Shown: piece by piece, positions 50,715 to 63,413 of the stretch
Layout: each line of letters begins with the position of its first letter
Numbering within the stretch: the first letter of the stretch is position 1
Assembly (NCBI GenBank): GCA_013265495.1
Contig: MU058687.1
Coordinates: 434,001-498,000, forward strand
Origin: Vicugna vicugna
Taxonomy: Eukaryota
DNA: 64,000 nucleotides
Reading direction: 5' to 3'
The notes under the pieces: model-generated
What the model saw: the letters and a program-made list of their open reading frames with translations, nothing else
Databases searched by the model: none
Told to the model about the DNA's origin: nothing
Position numbers and translations under genes: made by a program

Positions 50715-50902
50715 CAACAGAATCCTTAGTGTGCAGCTGTGGAGCTTTTAAAAAATATGTATGTAATGCCCTTGCTCTGTTCTCTCCACTGGACCCTCTC
50801 CCAACCCCTGATGTTCTAAATTAGTACATCTGGGTTATGGTTGGGTCATTTTTTTTTTAACGTTACATGGATGATTCTCATGTGCAGCCAGGACTGAAAA
50901 CT
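50715..50902. mobile_element. MER5A-like DNA transposon relic
   Basis: ggagctttttaaaaaata...gatgattctcatgtgcagccaggactgaaaac. Confidence 0.55.
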
Positions 50903-51270
50903 TGTTACCCCAATGCTATTCCAGGAATGGGCTCTCTTTCATATTTTGTAAGCTCACTTTCAGAAATGAGAAGATAAATTACAATTCTGAAGTTTTTCTA
51001 AAATGTTTACAATAAGATAAAATTTTAAGTGGTGATCATTCTAGCCTTCTCTTGTTCAAGTTGAAGATTTTCTCATTCTTGGTTCTTCTTTGAATCTTCT
51101 CTGTCAGAGAATGTTACTTCCTTATTATTGTTGCAGACAGTTCAGTTGGAGGCTTTCACCAGTATTGAATTTCAAGTAATTTCTTTCACATTTATACTAG
51201 CCTGTTATACATAACAGCAGTAACAGTAGTCAGACCTAATTCTTCCAAAATCATTTCTTTGAAGCCAGCT

Positions 51271-51420
51271 ATTATTTTTTAATTAAAAAATTTTTTTTGT
51301 TGAGGGGAGAGGTAATTAGGCTTGTTTGTTTGTTTATTTTTAGAGGAGGTACAGGGAATTGAATCCAGGACCTCATGCATGCTAAGCACATGCTCTATCA
51401 TTTGACCTAACCCTTTCACC
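51271..51420 (-). mobile_element. Vic-1-like SINE, long form
   Basis: ggggagaggtaattagg...gaatccaggacctcatgcatgctaagc; TSD GAA(G/A)CCAGCT. Confidence 0.85.
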
Positions 51421-51639
51421 GAAACCAGCTTTTAAAGATGAGTAGTAGTATTTTGTAAGTCTCCCATTTGTTGGCCATATCTGAACCTGGAGAAATCTGA
51501 GTCTTTGAAATTATAATTTGCCAGTATTTTCAAACAACCTGAAGGCTATGTGACAAACTCCTTTTCTTATATGAAGGAAGAGTAGGGTCTCTTCATACTC
51601 TGCTTGTATCTGAATGGATATGTTCTTATATTCTGACAG

Positions 51640-51706
51640 CCTATTACTAGTTCTCCACCCAAATGGATGGCTGAAATAGAACGTGATGACATCGACATGT
51701 TGAAAG
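51640..51706 (+). CDS. LIN52: LIN52 exon 4
   Basis: ctgacag|CCT...G|gtaaac; 67 nt, PITSSPPKWMAEIERDDIDMLK. Confidence 0.95.
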
Positions 51707-53365
51707 GTAAACACTGCTAGTGACCTCTGACCTTTAACCTGACACTTATGCTCCTCCACACACCACCTTTCCAGTTTTTCTCTCACTATTCCCATACAAG
51801 TATTCTTGGCTTCAAACTGCCTATTTAACTGTCCTTATTCATAGTTCTTCATGTCTAAATGTCTTTTTCTCCTTTTCCATGTGTAGAAATCATGCCAGTT
51901 CAAGACTCAATCAAAATGATTTCTTTGCTGCTAAATTCCTTTAATATTAACTTTATTCTGTATAATGTTTAGAGTTAACAAAGAACTCTCACATAAATTT
52001 TCTCACTTAATTCTTATAAAAGCCCTGTGACTTAGGTATGATAATAATAAGGTTCACAGGTTAACCTAACCAAGATTTGTTAGAAAGAGTTAAAATTTAA
52101 ACTCTGATCTTTTAAGACTAGTCTCTTACTGCTATAACACAAGTGCCTTATTTAGGATTTACTGCTATATATTGTTGTCAGTACTATTAATTGACAACCC
52201 CTTAGTGGGTTAAGACCTGTCTTTTAGTTCTTTCTATCTCATCAATTTCTCCCATAAAGAGTACTGTAGGTAGTGAATATTGTTGTTTGATAAATGACTT
52301 GAAACTCAACCACAAAGTAGAAATTTAAATTAAAAAACATTAATTTTCCTTGATTTTGCCCTACTTTATTTATTTAATTTTCTTTATCCTTCTGCTGATG
52401 ATTCATGATGGTTGTGAAGCAATAAACTGAAATTAAGGTAAAAATCTGGGATTCTTAAGCTATTTAAGCAGCTGAACAGATCAAGAAAGTCTCCTTATGC
52501 CAGATAGAGATAATAAGTGTGGCATGATAAGTGGGAGAAAATAACACCTTTATTTGATTTCGGAAGTAATTCATTGTTCTGCATGAAATCTAAAAAGCAG
52601 ATCCCCTCCTCCAACCACGGAAAAATTAAGTCTCAAGGGCATCTCGAGTTCATTTTTCTAATGTTCCAATATTCCATCAGCATATATTTTCTAAGGAAAC
52701 TTTAAAGTTTTAATAAGAGATCAGAGCATTATGTTCCGTTCAAATTGACCTGTGTCTTAAACCTGAAAGGAATTAGGTGTTATTTAAATGAAAATCTAGG
52801 AAAGTAAGTTTTTAAATATACTATCTTTTTATCTGATAAATTTAAAATTTTTTTATAGGAATCTGATTTGAAGGTAAAGTTTGAATTAGTATTTAATCTT
52901 TGTTTTCTAAACCTAGGGAGATGAGAAACAGTAAGTGTTGTGTTGCTTTTTAATTGTTAATTAGCATAATAAGGACATATAAGTGACAGTGGAGATAATG
53001 TCCATTTTCTAAGGCAGTGATCTGTCTGCTGTCTGTAGGCTTTCTCAATGCGATATCAGATTACAAGTTTTCATATTTTATTGGTGTATTCATTTTGTAT
53101 GATAGGCAAAATAAATGCTATAAAAGGATCCTCAGGATAAATTACATAATTTGCTATTATATTTCTACTAAGTCTATTCTCATTAAGTGGGTGTGTGTGT
53201 ATGTGTGTAGAGGGAATGACTGGATGAGAAGAGATATGGATCCATTTTCTACTTATTTTGTAGGAATTAAACTTGAAAACTGTATAACAAGGATTCGCAA
53301 CCAAATGAGTTGTTACTAGAAAGCAGTGAAAAGACATGGTATTGAAATAAATGATTTTGTTTCAG

Positions 53366-53449
53366 AACTGGGGAGCCTCACCACAGCTAATTTGATGGAG
53401 AAAGTACGAGGCCTTCAGAACCTGGCCTATCAGTTGGGGCTGGATGAGT
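53366..53449 (+). CDS. LIN52: LIN52 exon 5 (final exon outside the window)
   Basis: tttcag|AA...T|gtgagt; 84 nt, (E)LGSLTTANLMEKVRGLQNLAYQLGLDE. Confidence 0.95.
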
Positions 53450-54344
53450 GTGAGTACCCAGATCACATTTATTCAGGGTTGCGTGTTGTATATTTTATGA
53501 TGAGTTCTGCATAATTCAGAAAGTATGTTTATTAGACATTCTAAAGGTAAAAAACCACTATAATCTAAAATGTGCCTTTTATGATACAGTGTGCCAGAAT
53601 TGTTACTGAGTTTATTACTAGGTTATAAGTTATTTTTCTCTGTACAGTGGAAGTATATTGGAAACTCTTAGAGTTTTAGGTGATAGAATGTCAAATCAAA
53701 TTAGCTTAAGCAAAAGAAGGATTGTATTCACATTAATCAAAATTCTAGGAGTAGAAATAGCTTTGAGCATATCTAGATCCATGACTCTTAATGATGTCTT
53801 TGGAATATGCTCTTGTTCTTGCTTTTGTTTTTCATTTCAAGTCTCTGCTTCACTCATGCAATAATCTTATTCTTTGATCTAGCACTGGGGAAGGTAGCCA
53901 AAAGGATCTCTAGTTTATATGTCTTTAAATCTCATAGTCCCAAAAGAAAGAACATCTTTTCTGAACTTTCCGAAAGAAGGGTCCTGAGAAGGATTCTTGA
54001 CTGTTCCATCTTGTGTCACGTACCTATCCTGGAACCAGGCCTTTAGCCTAGTAGCACAGAGCACTGAGATGGGCCAGGCCTGGGCCCTGGGTGCAGACTC
54101 AGATTGGAATGGTTAGTCCAACTCAAATCACATGGAATGCAGTTGGGGAGGATTGGTTCCCCAAAGGAAGGGATATGTAGCAGACAAGAATGTAATCTGT
54201 CACTCTGAGTAATGCTTTTAAAGTTCTCATTTATTCCTGTCTGCTCTCCATTCTTTTAGTTTAAAATTATTTCTTTATAAACTCTATCTCTTTTCATACT
54301 ATAACCATTCTAAAACTGGAAAAGGAATTGTAGAATTGTAATTG

Positions 54345-54398
54345 AAATAAATGAATAAATAAATAAATAAATGCATACATACATACATACATACATAC
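54345..54398. repeat. compound microsatellite (TAAA)n(TACA)n
   Basis: visible directly. Confidence 0.9.
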
Positions 54399-57300
54399 AG
54401 TGGTTAGAGCTTTGTTCTCAGTGGGTAGGTACCTCCTCAGACCTTCATAAATCCACAATTTTGGGAAGCTACTGGAGCTTATAATTTTCTTCAAAAATGC
54501 AAGTTTTTCACTGATTAGTGCAATCCCAACAAGAGTTTGATAAATTGTTTTTCTTGTTTATAGAACACATGGTGGATTTGTTCATATCATTGATTTTACT
54601 GCCAAATTCAATATTTCACTTTAAAATTTAATATAAAACTTTGTTTTTTGACTAATAATCAACACGTCCTTAGTCCTCTTTATCTTATCTTTATTTCCAT
54701 TACTGTCATTAGCAGTTGATGTTCTTTTTTCAAGAAAACATTTTTTAACTCACTTCGTGAATCAAGGAGCAGAGATATGGTTGCTGGGTGGTCTGCTAGG
54801 TTCACTCACTGTTACCTAACTCCTCTGTGTCCTAGTCGTTAATTTCCTGTAGTTAAAGTTTATGTCTTGGCAAAATTACTAATTCCATGTATGTCATTGA
54901 ACTCAAGGGTTTATAATGAAAAGGCAAATCTGTGATTATTAAATTCATGAATGCGAGGCTGGTATAGTACAGAACTTGATTCTGTTTCTAGCTCTGGATA
55001 ATATTTGCTGTAATGATCATAGTGATTAATGCTTTATCTCTCTGGTCAGTTTTTCTTATGAAATAAAAGTTTATGCTCATTGTATTAAGAGGATGATATA
55101 TTACCAAGTGTACTTATCAACAATATTGTCTCTAGTTAGTTGTAGATTACTATATTCCTTCTGTTTTGTTTTTCTTTTTCTGCTTTCCTACTGAGAAAGA
55201 TAATGAAGCACTTACCCCCAATTTTTATTATGGAAAATATTTTAAAATATACCGAAGGAGAGAGAGTAGAATATTGACCTCATATAATCATGACTCAGCT
55301 TCAATAGTCAACATGTGACCAATGTGTTTCACTTATACTAACATCCATAATTATCTTAGTCATTGTATTATCTCACTACCAAATAACTTCATATATGAGT
55401 CCAGAAGACAAGGACACTCTCTCTCTTCTTCTTTTTTTTTTTTAATGTAACTGCAATTCCATTGTTATGCCTAAAAATTTTTGCTTAATATTATCAAATA
55501 GCCAATCACAATTCAGGTTTCCCTAGTTGACTTATAATTGTCTTTTTACAGTTAGTTTGTTTGAATCAGGATTTAAACAAGGTACTGTATTTGATTGATA
55601 TGACTCTTAAGTCTCCTTTAATCTGTCATAGTTCTACCTCCTTTTTATTTTCTCTTATCATTTATTAAATCTAGTAGTTTGTTCTATAGAATTTTCCACA
55701 TTCTGGATTTTGTTGCTTACATCCCTGGGGAAGCAGTTGATATGTTCATCTATTCCTTTTTATTTCCTGGAATTTAGATACAGAAGCTTGCACAGATACA
55801 GGATTGATTTTTATTTTTATTTTGGCAAAAATATCTCATAAATGATACTGCATACGTTCATTAGAAGGGTTCATCGTATCTGCTTGTCTCTCTTTGTAAT
55901 ACTAAGATTAATTTATTGATAATGTATTGTTAGCCTGATCTATTATTCATTGTAAAATTCTCCATCAGTCTTACACCCAGAGTTTTAGCAGCCTTTAAAA
56001 ACTGCCTAGATTCACTATTTTATTATAGGTTGCAAAATGGTAATATACTAATCCTGTCATTCCTTCTTATTAGCTCGAATTTTTCTGTGAATATCTTATC
56101 AACTATTTGTTATTTATTACCTTGAAAGCTGTTCTCACTGAATAAATGATTCTTTTTGTTTATCAGTTTTTAGAATAATGAGTCAGTTCTGTGAGGATCA
56201 ATAAATCTATTTTAAGGGTTTTTCACAGAATCAGAAACTTGGTATGGTTTGTTTTAGTTTTTAATCCACACAGTTAAAATCATTATTACTATTAAGTTTT
56301 TATATTTCTAAAACTTAAGGCTTTGGAGGTAAGGATTTAAAGTCACCTAAGTCAGTGACCTTATGCATGGAACCAAAATTCTGCAGTAGAAACGCTTGTT
56401 TCTGCCGATGAGTCCCATGATCACAGCTGAGATTTTTCAAAATTATTTTATAGTTTAAAATTCAGCCTTATTTCAACTTCTGTAGCAGTGCTTTGCCACT
56501 GATTGTCATTTTCCTTGATTGTAACAATTAGCTGACATATAGACAATAGTTTTTAAATTTAGAATTGGAAAGAATTACATTGATATGTATTCGACTTCTT
56601 GGATATGGTCTCTCTTTGTTTTATTGTGTATAGTGTATTTGCATAAAAACAAGATCTTTTTTTTGTCCTTACAGATTATTCATCTACTCTAGGGGTTGAC
56701 ATTTACTTGACACCCTAATCTGGTGTTTCGATGTCTCAATCCTCTTTCCTGCATTAATTGAGAGGATGACATGGATGAAAAATAAGCAATAGGAACTGAT
56801 GAATCCCCAAGGACCAGTGATCCTGTTTTCATGCAAATATCTGCTCTGATAAAGATGATGGGAAGAAAAAAAATGCAAAAAATATTTGTCCTCACAAACA
56901 TGATTGTTTGCCACTTCCCTAGAGCATTGTTAAATGTTAGTATAGAAATAATGTGAACCTTCTAGGGTTGATAGAAACTAGATTGTGTCTGTTGGAACCC
57001 GAACCCTGCCCTTTGATTTGGTATGTGATTATGTCTCAGATAACCCTTTTGGTGTGCAGATTTTAGAATGCAGTGATGTTTTGTATAGGTATTTATAGCA
57101 TTTCATGGTTGGGGCCCTTTTGCTTGATTTGGGCAGTTAATTTATATGAAATTCCCATGAAACATATAGAAATATAAAAAACTACTTAACCATATAAAGT
57201 CCATTTCTGTTACTTCCACTTGAGTTCAGTGTCCTTCCTGTTTTACTGGAGCTATTGTAGTCACATTCTAACTGGTCTCCCTGCCTCTCAACTACTTCAT

Positions 57301-59146
57301 ATTAGTCCATCTTGTTTACCACTTACCAGGCTAATTTTTCTTAAGTACCATTTGCTTCTGTTTGTCCTTTGCCCTTAAGTCAGTAGTAATACTTCATTAT
57401 TTATACGCTAAAATTTAGATTCCTTAGTATGGTATTCAGAATCCTCTGCACTTGGCCCTAGTGTAATGTCTAGCCTTTTTACTTCTCCCCTACCCAAACA
57501 TCATGCATTGTTCCCATTTGAAATATACTTCCAGAACACTTCCCCATCTTCTTAAATTCTATTCATGCTATTCCTTTTTCTCAGAAACCCCTCCCTGACC
57601 TATTAGAACTTTTATTTGTCCATCATTATTTAGTCAGAATCTACCTCTTTTATCAATGTTTCCTTTTTATACCTGATCTGAAAAGTGAACTCTCTGTCCT
57701 GGTCGCCTACATTGCTCCTAGAGCAATTTGATTGTTTCATTTGTATGGTACTTTTACCATTCTGGGAGATTTGGGGTATATGGTTTCTCTCTTGCATTGA
57801 TTGTTAACTCTTTAAGAAAAGAATCATATTTTTGAGCTGTTTTTGTAGCCCACATTTACCTGGCATATGGTAAATGTGCAGTGTGTATTTGCTGATTGAA
57901 TGAGTGATCAGCTGCTGATGCCTTTAGATGAAATGACAGATTATTTTAAATGAAATCCGTGGACTTAAAACTGAAAAGGTAGAAGCTTCTGGAAATTGTT
58001 CTTTTTCTGGGTAGTTTGTATTTTAGTGATGAGAAGTAACATTTGAAGGTCTCATAATGTCTGGAATTTTTCTCTTACAACAGTGGATGATCAACCACAC
58101 ATAGTAAAGATAATGTGAAGATTATTGATAATAGTTTGGTTTTATCATTTACCTACCCTATTCCATCGCTATTATGATCTGAGCATGATCTTGATTTAGT
58201 CTTGTAATTTGCAACAATTCATAGCTTGCTTTATTCCTAAGACCCATTGAACTATTATAAATCCTACTGAGTACTGATTCTCAACAATATTTATGCTTTA
58301 AAAAAAAATTCTCCCCCTGTCTCTGGAAACTACAAACCTTTTAGTAGTCATTCAGATGCCTACTTACTGGCTATATTCAAAATATTTTTAAGTGGAATGG
58401 AGATTGGGAAAGCAGCAGGTCATGCCGTTTGAAACCAAGGGTAAAGACTGGGGTTCTGATGCATTTCTTCTTTTTCCTTTTTTATAACAGCTATATTGAG
58501 ATGTGATTCATGTACCCTATAATTCACTTATTTATAGGATGCAATTCAGTGATTTCTAGTATATTTGGAGTTGTGCAACCATCACAATCAATCTTAGAAC
58601 ATTTTCATTACCCTAAAAGAAACTCTGTACCCATTACCAGTCACTCTGCATGTCTCCCCAAACTTCACAGGCTAGGCCACCGCTAATATGCTTTCTGTCT
58701 CTGAATTTCTAGTCTGGGCATTTCATTATAAACAGAATCATATAATATGTGGTCTTTTGTGACTGGTTTCTTTCTTATTTTCAGTGTTCAGTTATTTTGT
58801 AGGATGTATCAATACTTCATTTTTTTTATGGTCTAATAATACATTTATCCATCAGTTATCCACATGATATTTAACCACTCGTTGATGGACAATTGGGATT
58901 TCCTTTATTTGGCTAGTATGAATGATACTACTCTAAACATTCATGTACAGTTTCTGTGTGGACATATGTGTTCATTCTCTTGAGTTTATAACTAGTAGTG
59001 TAATTTCTAGGTCATGTGGAAACTCTACAATTAACCTTTTGAGGAATTGTCAGACTATTTTCCATACTGGCTGCACCATTTTACATTCCCACCAGCAGTG
59101 TATGAGGAGTCCAGTTTCTCTACATCCTTTCTAATTATTTGTTTTT

Positions 59147-59230
59147 ACATATACTAACATTGGAATGATACAGTGAAGATTAGCATGGTCCCTGCACAAG
59201 GATGACATGCAAATTTGTGAAGATTCCATT
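59147..59230 (+). pseudogene. U6 snRNA retrocopy (5'-truncated)
   Basis: ACATATACTAACATTGGAATGATACAGTGAAGATTAGCATGGTCCCTGCACAAGGATGACATGCAAATTTGTGAAGATTCCAT matches U6 from about nt 18. Confidence 0.9.
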
Positions 59231-59981
59231 AAGTTAACTAAAGAATAAACTCAAATATAAAAGCTCAAAAAAATTATCACACATATACCTGGAACTAACA
59301 CAGCATTGTAAATACTTCAATTTTTTTAAATGTACAGTAAATAAATAAAGAAATAATTATATAATCCATTCTAGTAGATATGAAGTGGAACGGGTATGTG
59401 GTTTGGATTTGCATTTGCCTGATAACTAATGACATGAAACATGTTTTCATGTGCTTATTGGCTAGTTGTATATCTTTTTTAGGGAACTATATTCAGATCC
59501 CTTGCCCATTAAAAAATTGGATTATTTGTGTTTTTATTATTAAGTTGTAAGAGTTCTTTATGTATTCTACAAACAGGTCACTTATTAGATACATGATTTT
59601 CAGGAAGTTTTCTTGCATTCTGTGGGTTGTCTTTTTATTTTCTTGATGATATTCTTTGAGACACAAAAGTTTTTAATTTTTATGCAGTCCAATTTATCAG
59701 TTGTTTCTTTTGTTGCTTGTATTTTGAAGTCATACCATAAAAACCATTGCCTAATCCAAGGTCCTGAAGATTTATGCCTATGTTTTCTTCTTAGAGTTTT
59801 ATAGTTTAGCTCTTATAGTTAGGTATTTGATACATTTTAAGTTAATTTTTGTATATGGTGTGAAGTAGGGATCCATATTCATTCTTTTGTATATAGATAG
59901 CCAGTTGTTTCAGGACCGTTTGTGGAAAAGGCTTTTCCCATTGAACTCTCAGCATATTTGTCAAAAATCAATTGATCATAA

Positions 59982-60066
59982 TGGGGGTGGGTATAGCTCA
60001 GTCATATAGCACATGCTTAGTGTGCATGAGGTCCTGGGTTCAGTCCCCAGTACCTCCATTAAAAAG
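59982..60066 (+). mobile_element. Vic-1-like SINE, short form
   Basis: tRNA head + A tail; perfect 16-bp TSD AATCAATTGATCATAA (59966-59981 / 60067-60082). Confidence 0.9.
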
Positions 60067-61242
60067 AATCAATTGATCATAAACATGAGGGTTTATTTCT
60101 GGACTCTCGGTTCTATTCCACTGACCTATATTTCTATGCTCTTACCTCACTGTCTTGATGACTGTAGCTTTGTAGGAAGTTTTGAGATTGGGATGTATAA
60201 GTTTTTCAACTTTGTTCTTTTTTAAGTGTTTTTGGTTATTCTGTTTCCTATGAATTTCCATAGGAATTTTAACTTGTCAGTTGTTGCAAAGAAGTCACCT
60301 GGGATTTTAGTAGGGATTGCATTAAATCTGTAGATCAGTTTGGGGAATATTGCCATTTAAATAAAATTAAAATGATTCATGAATGTGGTTTGTCTTTCTG
60401 TTTATTTAGGTCTTCTTTAATTTCTCTGAACAATGTTTTGTAGTTCTCAAAGTATAAGTTTTGCACTTCATTTGTTAAAATTTATTCCTAAGTATTTTTA
60501 TTTTATGATGCTATTGTAAATGAAATTATTTTCTTAATTTCATTTTCAGTTTGCTCATTGGTACTATAGAGAAGTACAATTAATTTTTATATATTGCTCT
60601 TACATCTTGCAACTTTACTGAACTCATTTATTAGTTCTAATTGTGTTTTAGTAGATTACTTAAGAATTTCTACATATAGAACCATGTCATCTGCAAATAG
60701 TTTTACTTCTTCATTTCCAATCTGGATGCCTTTCCTTCCTCCCTTCCTTTCTCACTTCCTTCCTTCCTTCGTTTCTTTCTTCCTCCCTTCCACCCTTCCT
60801 CCCTCTTTCTCTCCTTTCCTTTCTTTCTCCTAATTGCCTTAGCTAGAAACTCCAGTACAGTATTGAATAGAAGTGGCAAGGGTGGACATTCTTGTCTTCC
60901 TCCTGATCTTAGAGAGAAAACATTAAGTACAATGTTAGGATTTTTGTAGATGCCCTTTGTCAGATTGAGGATGTTATCTTTTATTCTTAGTTTGTTGAGT
61001 GTTTTTATCATGAAGAAGTTGAATTTGATGCCTTTGTTCTTGATTACACTTCACCATATACCATATAATAAAAATCTCAATTTGATTTATATTTATATAC
61101 TTAAAACTGGTTTGAAATTACCTTTGCACTACATAAAAAATGATTAACTAAAAAGTTATTAGTAAATAAGATCAGACTGAGAATATTATTGTCTAAAAAA
61201 GCTTTAAGAAATTTAGCTTATTTTGATATAAGTAGTTGCTTC

Positions 61243-61965
61243 TGAAATGGAGTAGAACCACTGTGGACACTCCTAGGTACAAATCCTTTCTGTGTCCCCT
61301 GTTTCTTATTTGTAGGAAATATGCTTCATTCAGCCTCCTTGACCTTCCCTGAGTTCCAAAGGGCAGATTGCTTATCAGGGAAGGGAGGGAATGCAGAAAC
61401 AGTGGAGGAGCAGTCAAGAAACAATAATGCAGCCTATGACAGGGTCTCGGTTCCTCCTTAAGGAATATCCAAAAGAGAATACCTTTGAGTTCTGCAGAAA
61501 CTAAGTCCCTCACCCAGGTGGAGGATGGTAACTTCAGGCTGAGCACAAGATTCCTGTAACACCACCCTGTTACCTCACCACCAATGAATTAGAAGAAAGC
61601 CATAAACACACTGCAGTCCTCACCCCAAATTTTGCCTATAAAAACTCCCTGAAAATCAGGGAGTTTGAGGTTTTTGAGCATGAGCCACCCATTCTCCTTG
61701 CTTGGCCCTGGAATACACCCTTCTCTGCTTCAAACTCCACTGTTCAGGTGGGGAGGGTTAGCTCAAGTAGTAGAGTGTGTGCTTAGAGTGCATGAGATCC
61801 TGGGTTCAATCCCCAGTACCTCCTCTAAAATTAAATTAAACCTAATTACCTCTCCCACCCCCACCAAAATAAAATACTACTAATAAGTAATAAACATACA
61901 ACCTCCAGTGTTTGGTTTTTTTGGCCTCACTGCATATCAGGCATGTGAACTTGGGTTTGGTAACA
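61243..61965 (+). mobile_element. solo LTR, ERV1-like
   Basis: TG...AACA termini, 4-bp TSD CTTC (61239-61242 / 61966-61969), TATAAAA near 61638. Confidence 0.8.
61745..61898 (+). mobile_element. Vic-1-like SINE nested in the LTR
   Basis: tRNA head + AAACCTAATTACCTCTCCC; TSD CAA(A/C)CTCCA(C/G)TGTT. Confidence 0.88.
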
Positions 61966-63275
61966 CTTCTGATTTATAGTCTGTCTAATCCTGTATGTTC
62001 ATATAGCTATTTTAGTAGAACTGTTATTTGGCTAAATTTAATCACTAGTTTTTTAAAAGGAACATTTTGTTATCAAAAGATTGAGATGTCCCCGTTTAGA
62101 CCTGATGTTTCATCCTGGTAGTCTACATTGATAAAGTTGTCTGCACCAGAACCTATTTGGTATAACTTTCTTTGGCGGTGGTACCAAAGGAAAACTTCTG
62201 CTTCCAAGCTAGCCTGTGGTAAAGAGGACTTTTTCACCCTCTAGGTATGTGATTTTTGAAAAAGTGGCCATTTGTATTTAGAAATGGTTTTTCATCTAGA
62301 TAAAATTCTGAAGAACAGTTTGATCTGTTAATTTATTCTTTTAGTCTAGGAAGGAGGGCAGGGAGAGAATAACTGGAATTCTTACACCCTGGATAGTCTT
62401 CATTGTGGCCTGACATCAGACTTCTTTGACTGGCTTACTTTGTAAGACCTGTACCTCTGTCTATAATAGTTAAAAGTTAAATTAACTGTACCTGATCAGT
62501 CAAGGAGAAAAGTGATTTTTCACCAGCCTTTAACCTCTAGGTGGCAGCATGAGTCTTACTGTATTTCCGGCTTCTTTTCTACCCAAATCTCTTGAACTGG
62601 GTTTCTGATATAGTTACAAATTCCTGTGACTTTACCGTACTACTTACCTAACTTTGTTGATGCCTTACTTGATTTTTAGCTTTTTGCTTTATCTTTTCAT
62701 CTCTCCATCTTTTTTAAAAAATTTCTTTCTTAACCAATATATATTGTTGATGCTCAGAGTCCTGCAGTTTCTCTAGTGTCAGAAATAACATTTTGCTTTT
62801 GATAAAGGAGATTGCTACAAAACCCCAAAAGTGTGGTGGTTTGAATTCAGTAGCTTCCGTACTTGGATGTGAGACCCTGTGAATGGGTTCAGCTCTCTAA
62901 TCTCAGTTTATCTTTTTTTTTTTTTTCAAAGTGTTGTCAGTTTATCTTGTTCTATCTTTTGACTCTCCTGGTTATCAAGTGATAACAGACAATGCCTTAT
63001 TAAATTAAAGTAGGAATATTAGCTAAAATTGATGAAATAAACTTAGATTTTCAAGAAGAATTTCATTGTTTTAGCATAAAGCTTTCAATATTTAGCCGTT
63101 TTGACTGATAAGATAATAGCAAAAGAACAAGTGTTCAATTCAGCAATTGTTTTGAGTGCCTACTTCCTACAAGGCTCTGTAGGGGATGTGAAGATGAATA
63201 AGATGTAACCACTGCCCTTGTGCAGATTAAAATCTAGTAGGAAAGGGAGATTCGACAATTAAATAAGTCATTCTT

Positions 63276-63413
63276 TTAAATTTTTTCTTGGGGTTTTTTT
63301 TTGTGGGGGGTAATTAGGTGTGTTTGTTTATTTAAATGGAAACATTGGGGATTGAACCCAGGACCTCATGCATGCTAGGCATACACTCTACCACTGAGCT
63401 GTACCCTCCCTCC
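63276..63413 (-). mobile_element. Vic-1-like SINE, long form
   Basis: gggggtaattagg...ggggattgaacccaggacctcatgcatgctaggc...ccactgagct; imperfect TSD AAATAAGT..(T/G)TCTT. Confidence 0.88.

Larger units (their letters stand above)
58470..61010 (-). mobile_element. antisense L1 (ORF2 remnant + 3' UTR) carrying nested insertions
   Basis: ORF2-like peptides on the minus strand (IKTLNKL, LRSGGRQECPPLPLLFNTVLEFLAKAIR); interrupted by a U6 retrocopy, a SINE and a CT-rich tract at 60731-60830. Confidence 0.85.

Noticed and set aside
53450..53514. LIN52 ending by read-through of exon 5 (CEYPDHIY...)
   Set aside because: There is a strong gtgagt donor, and the known C-terminus is encoded by a distant exon outside the window.
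60703..61011. 102-aa reverse-transcriptase-like ORF
   Set aside because: A deleted, frameshifted L1 ORF2 relic running into a simple repeat; not an active element.
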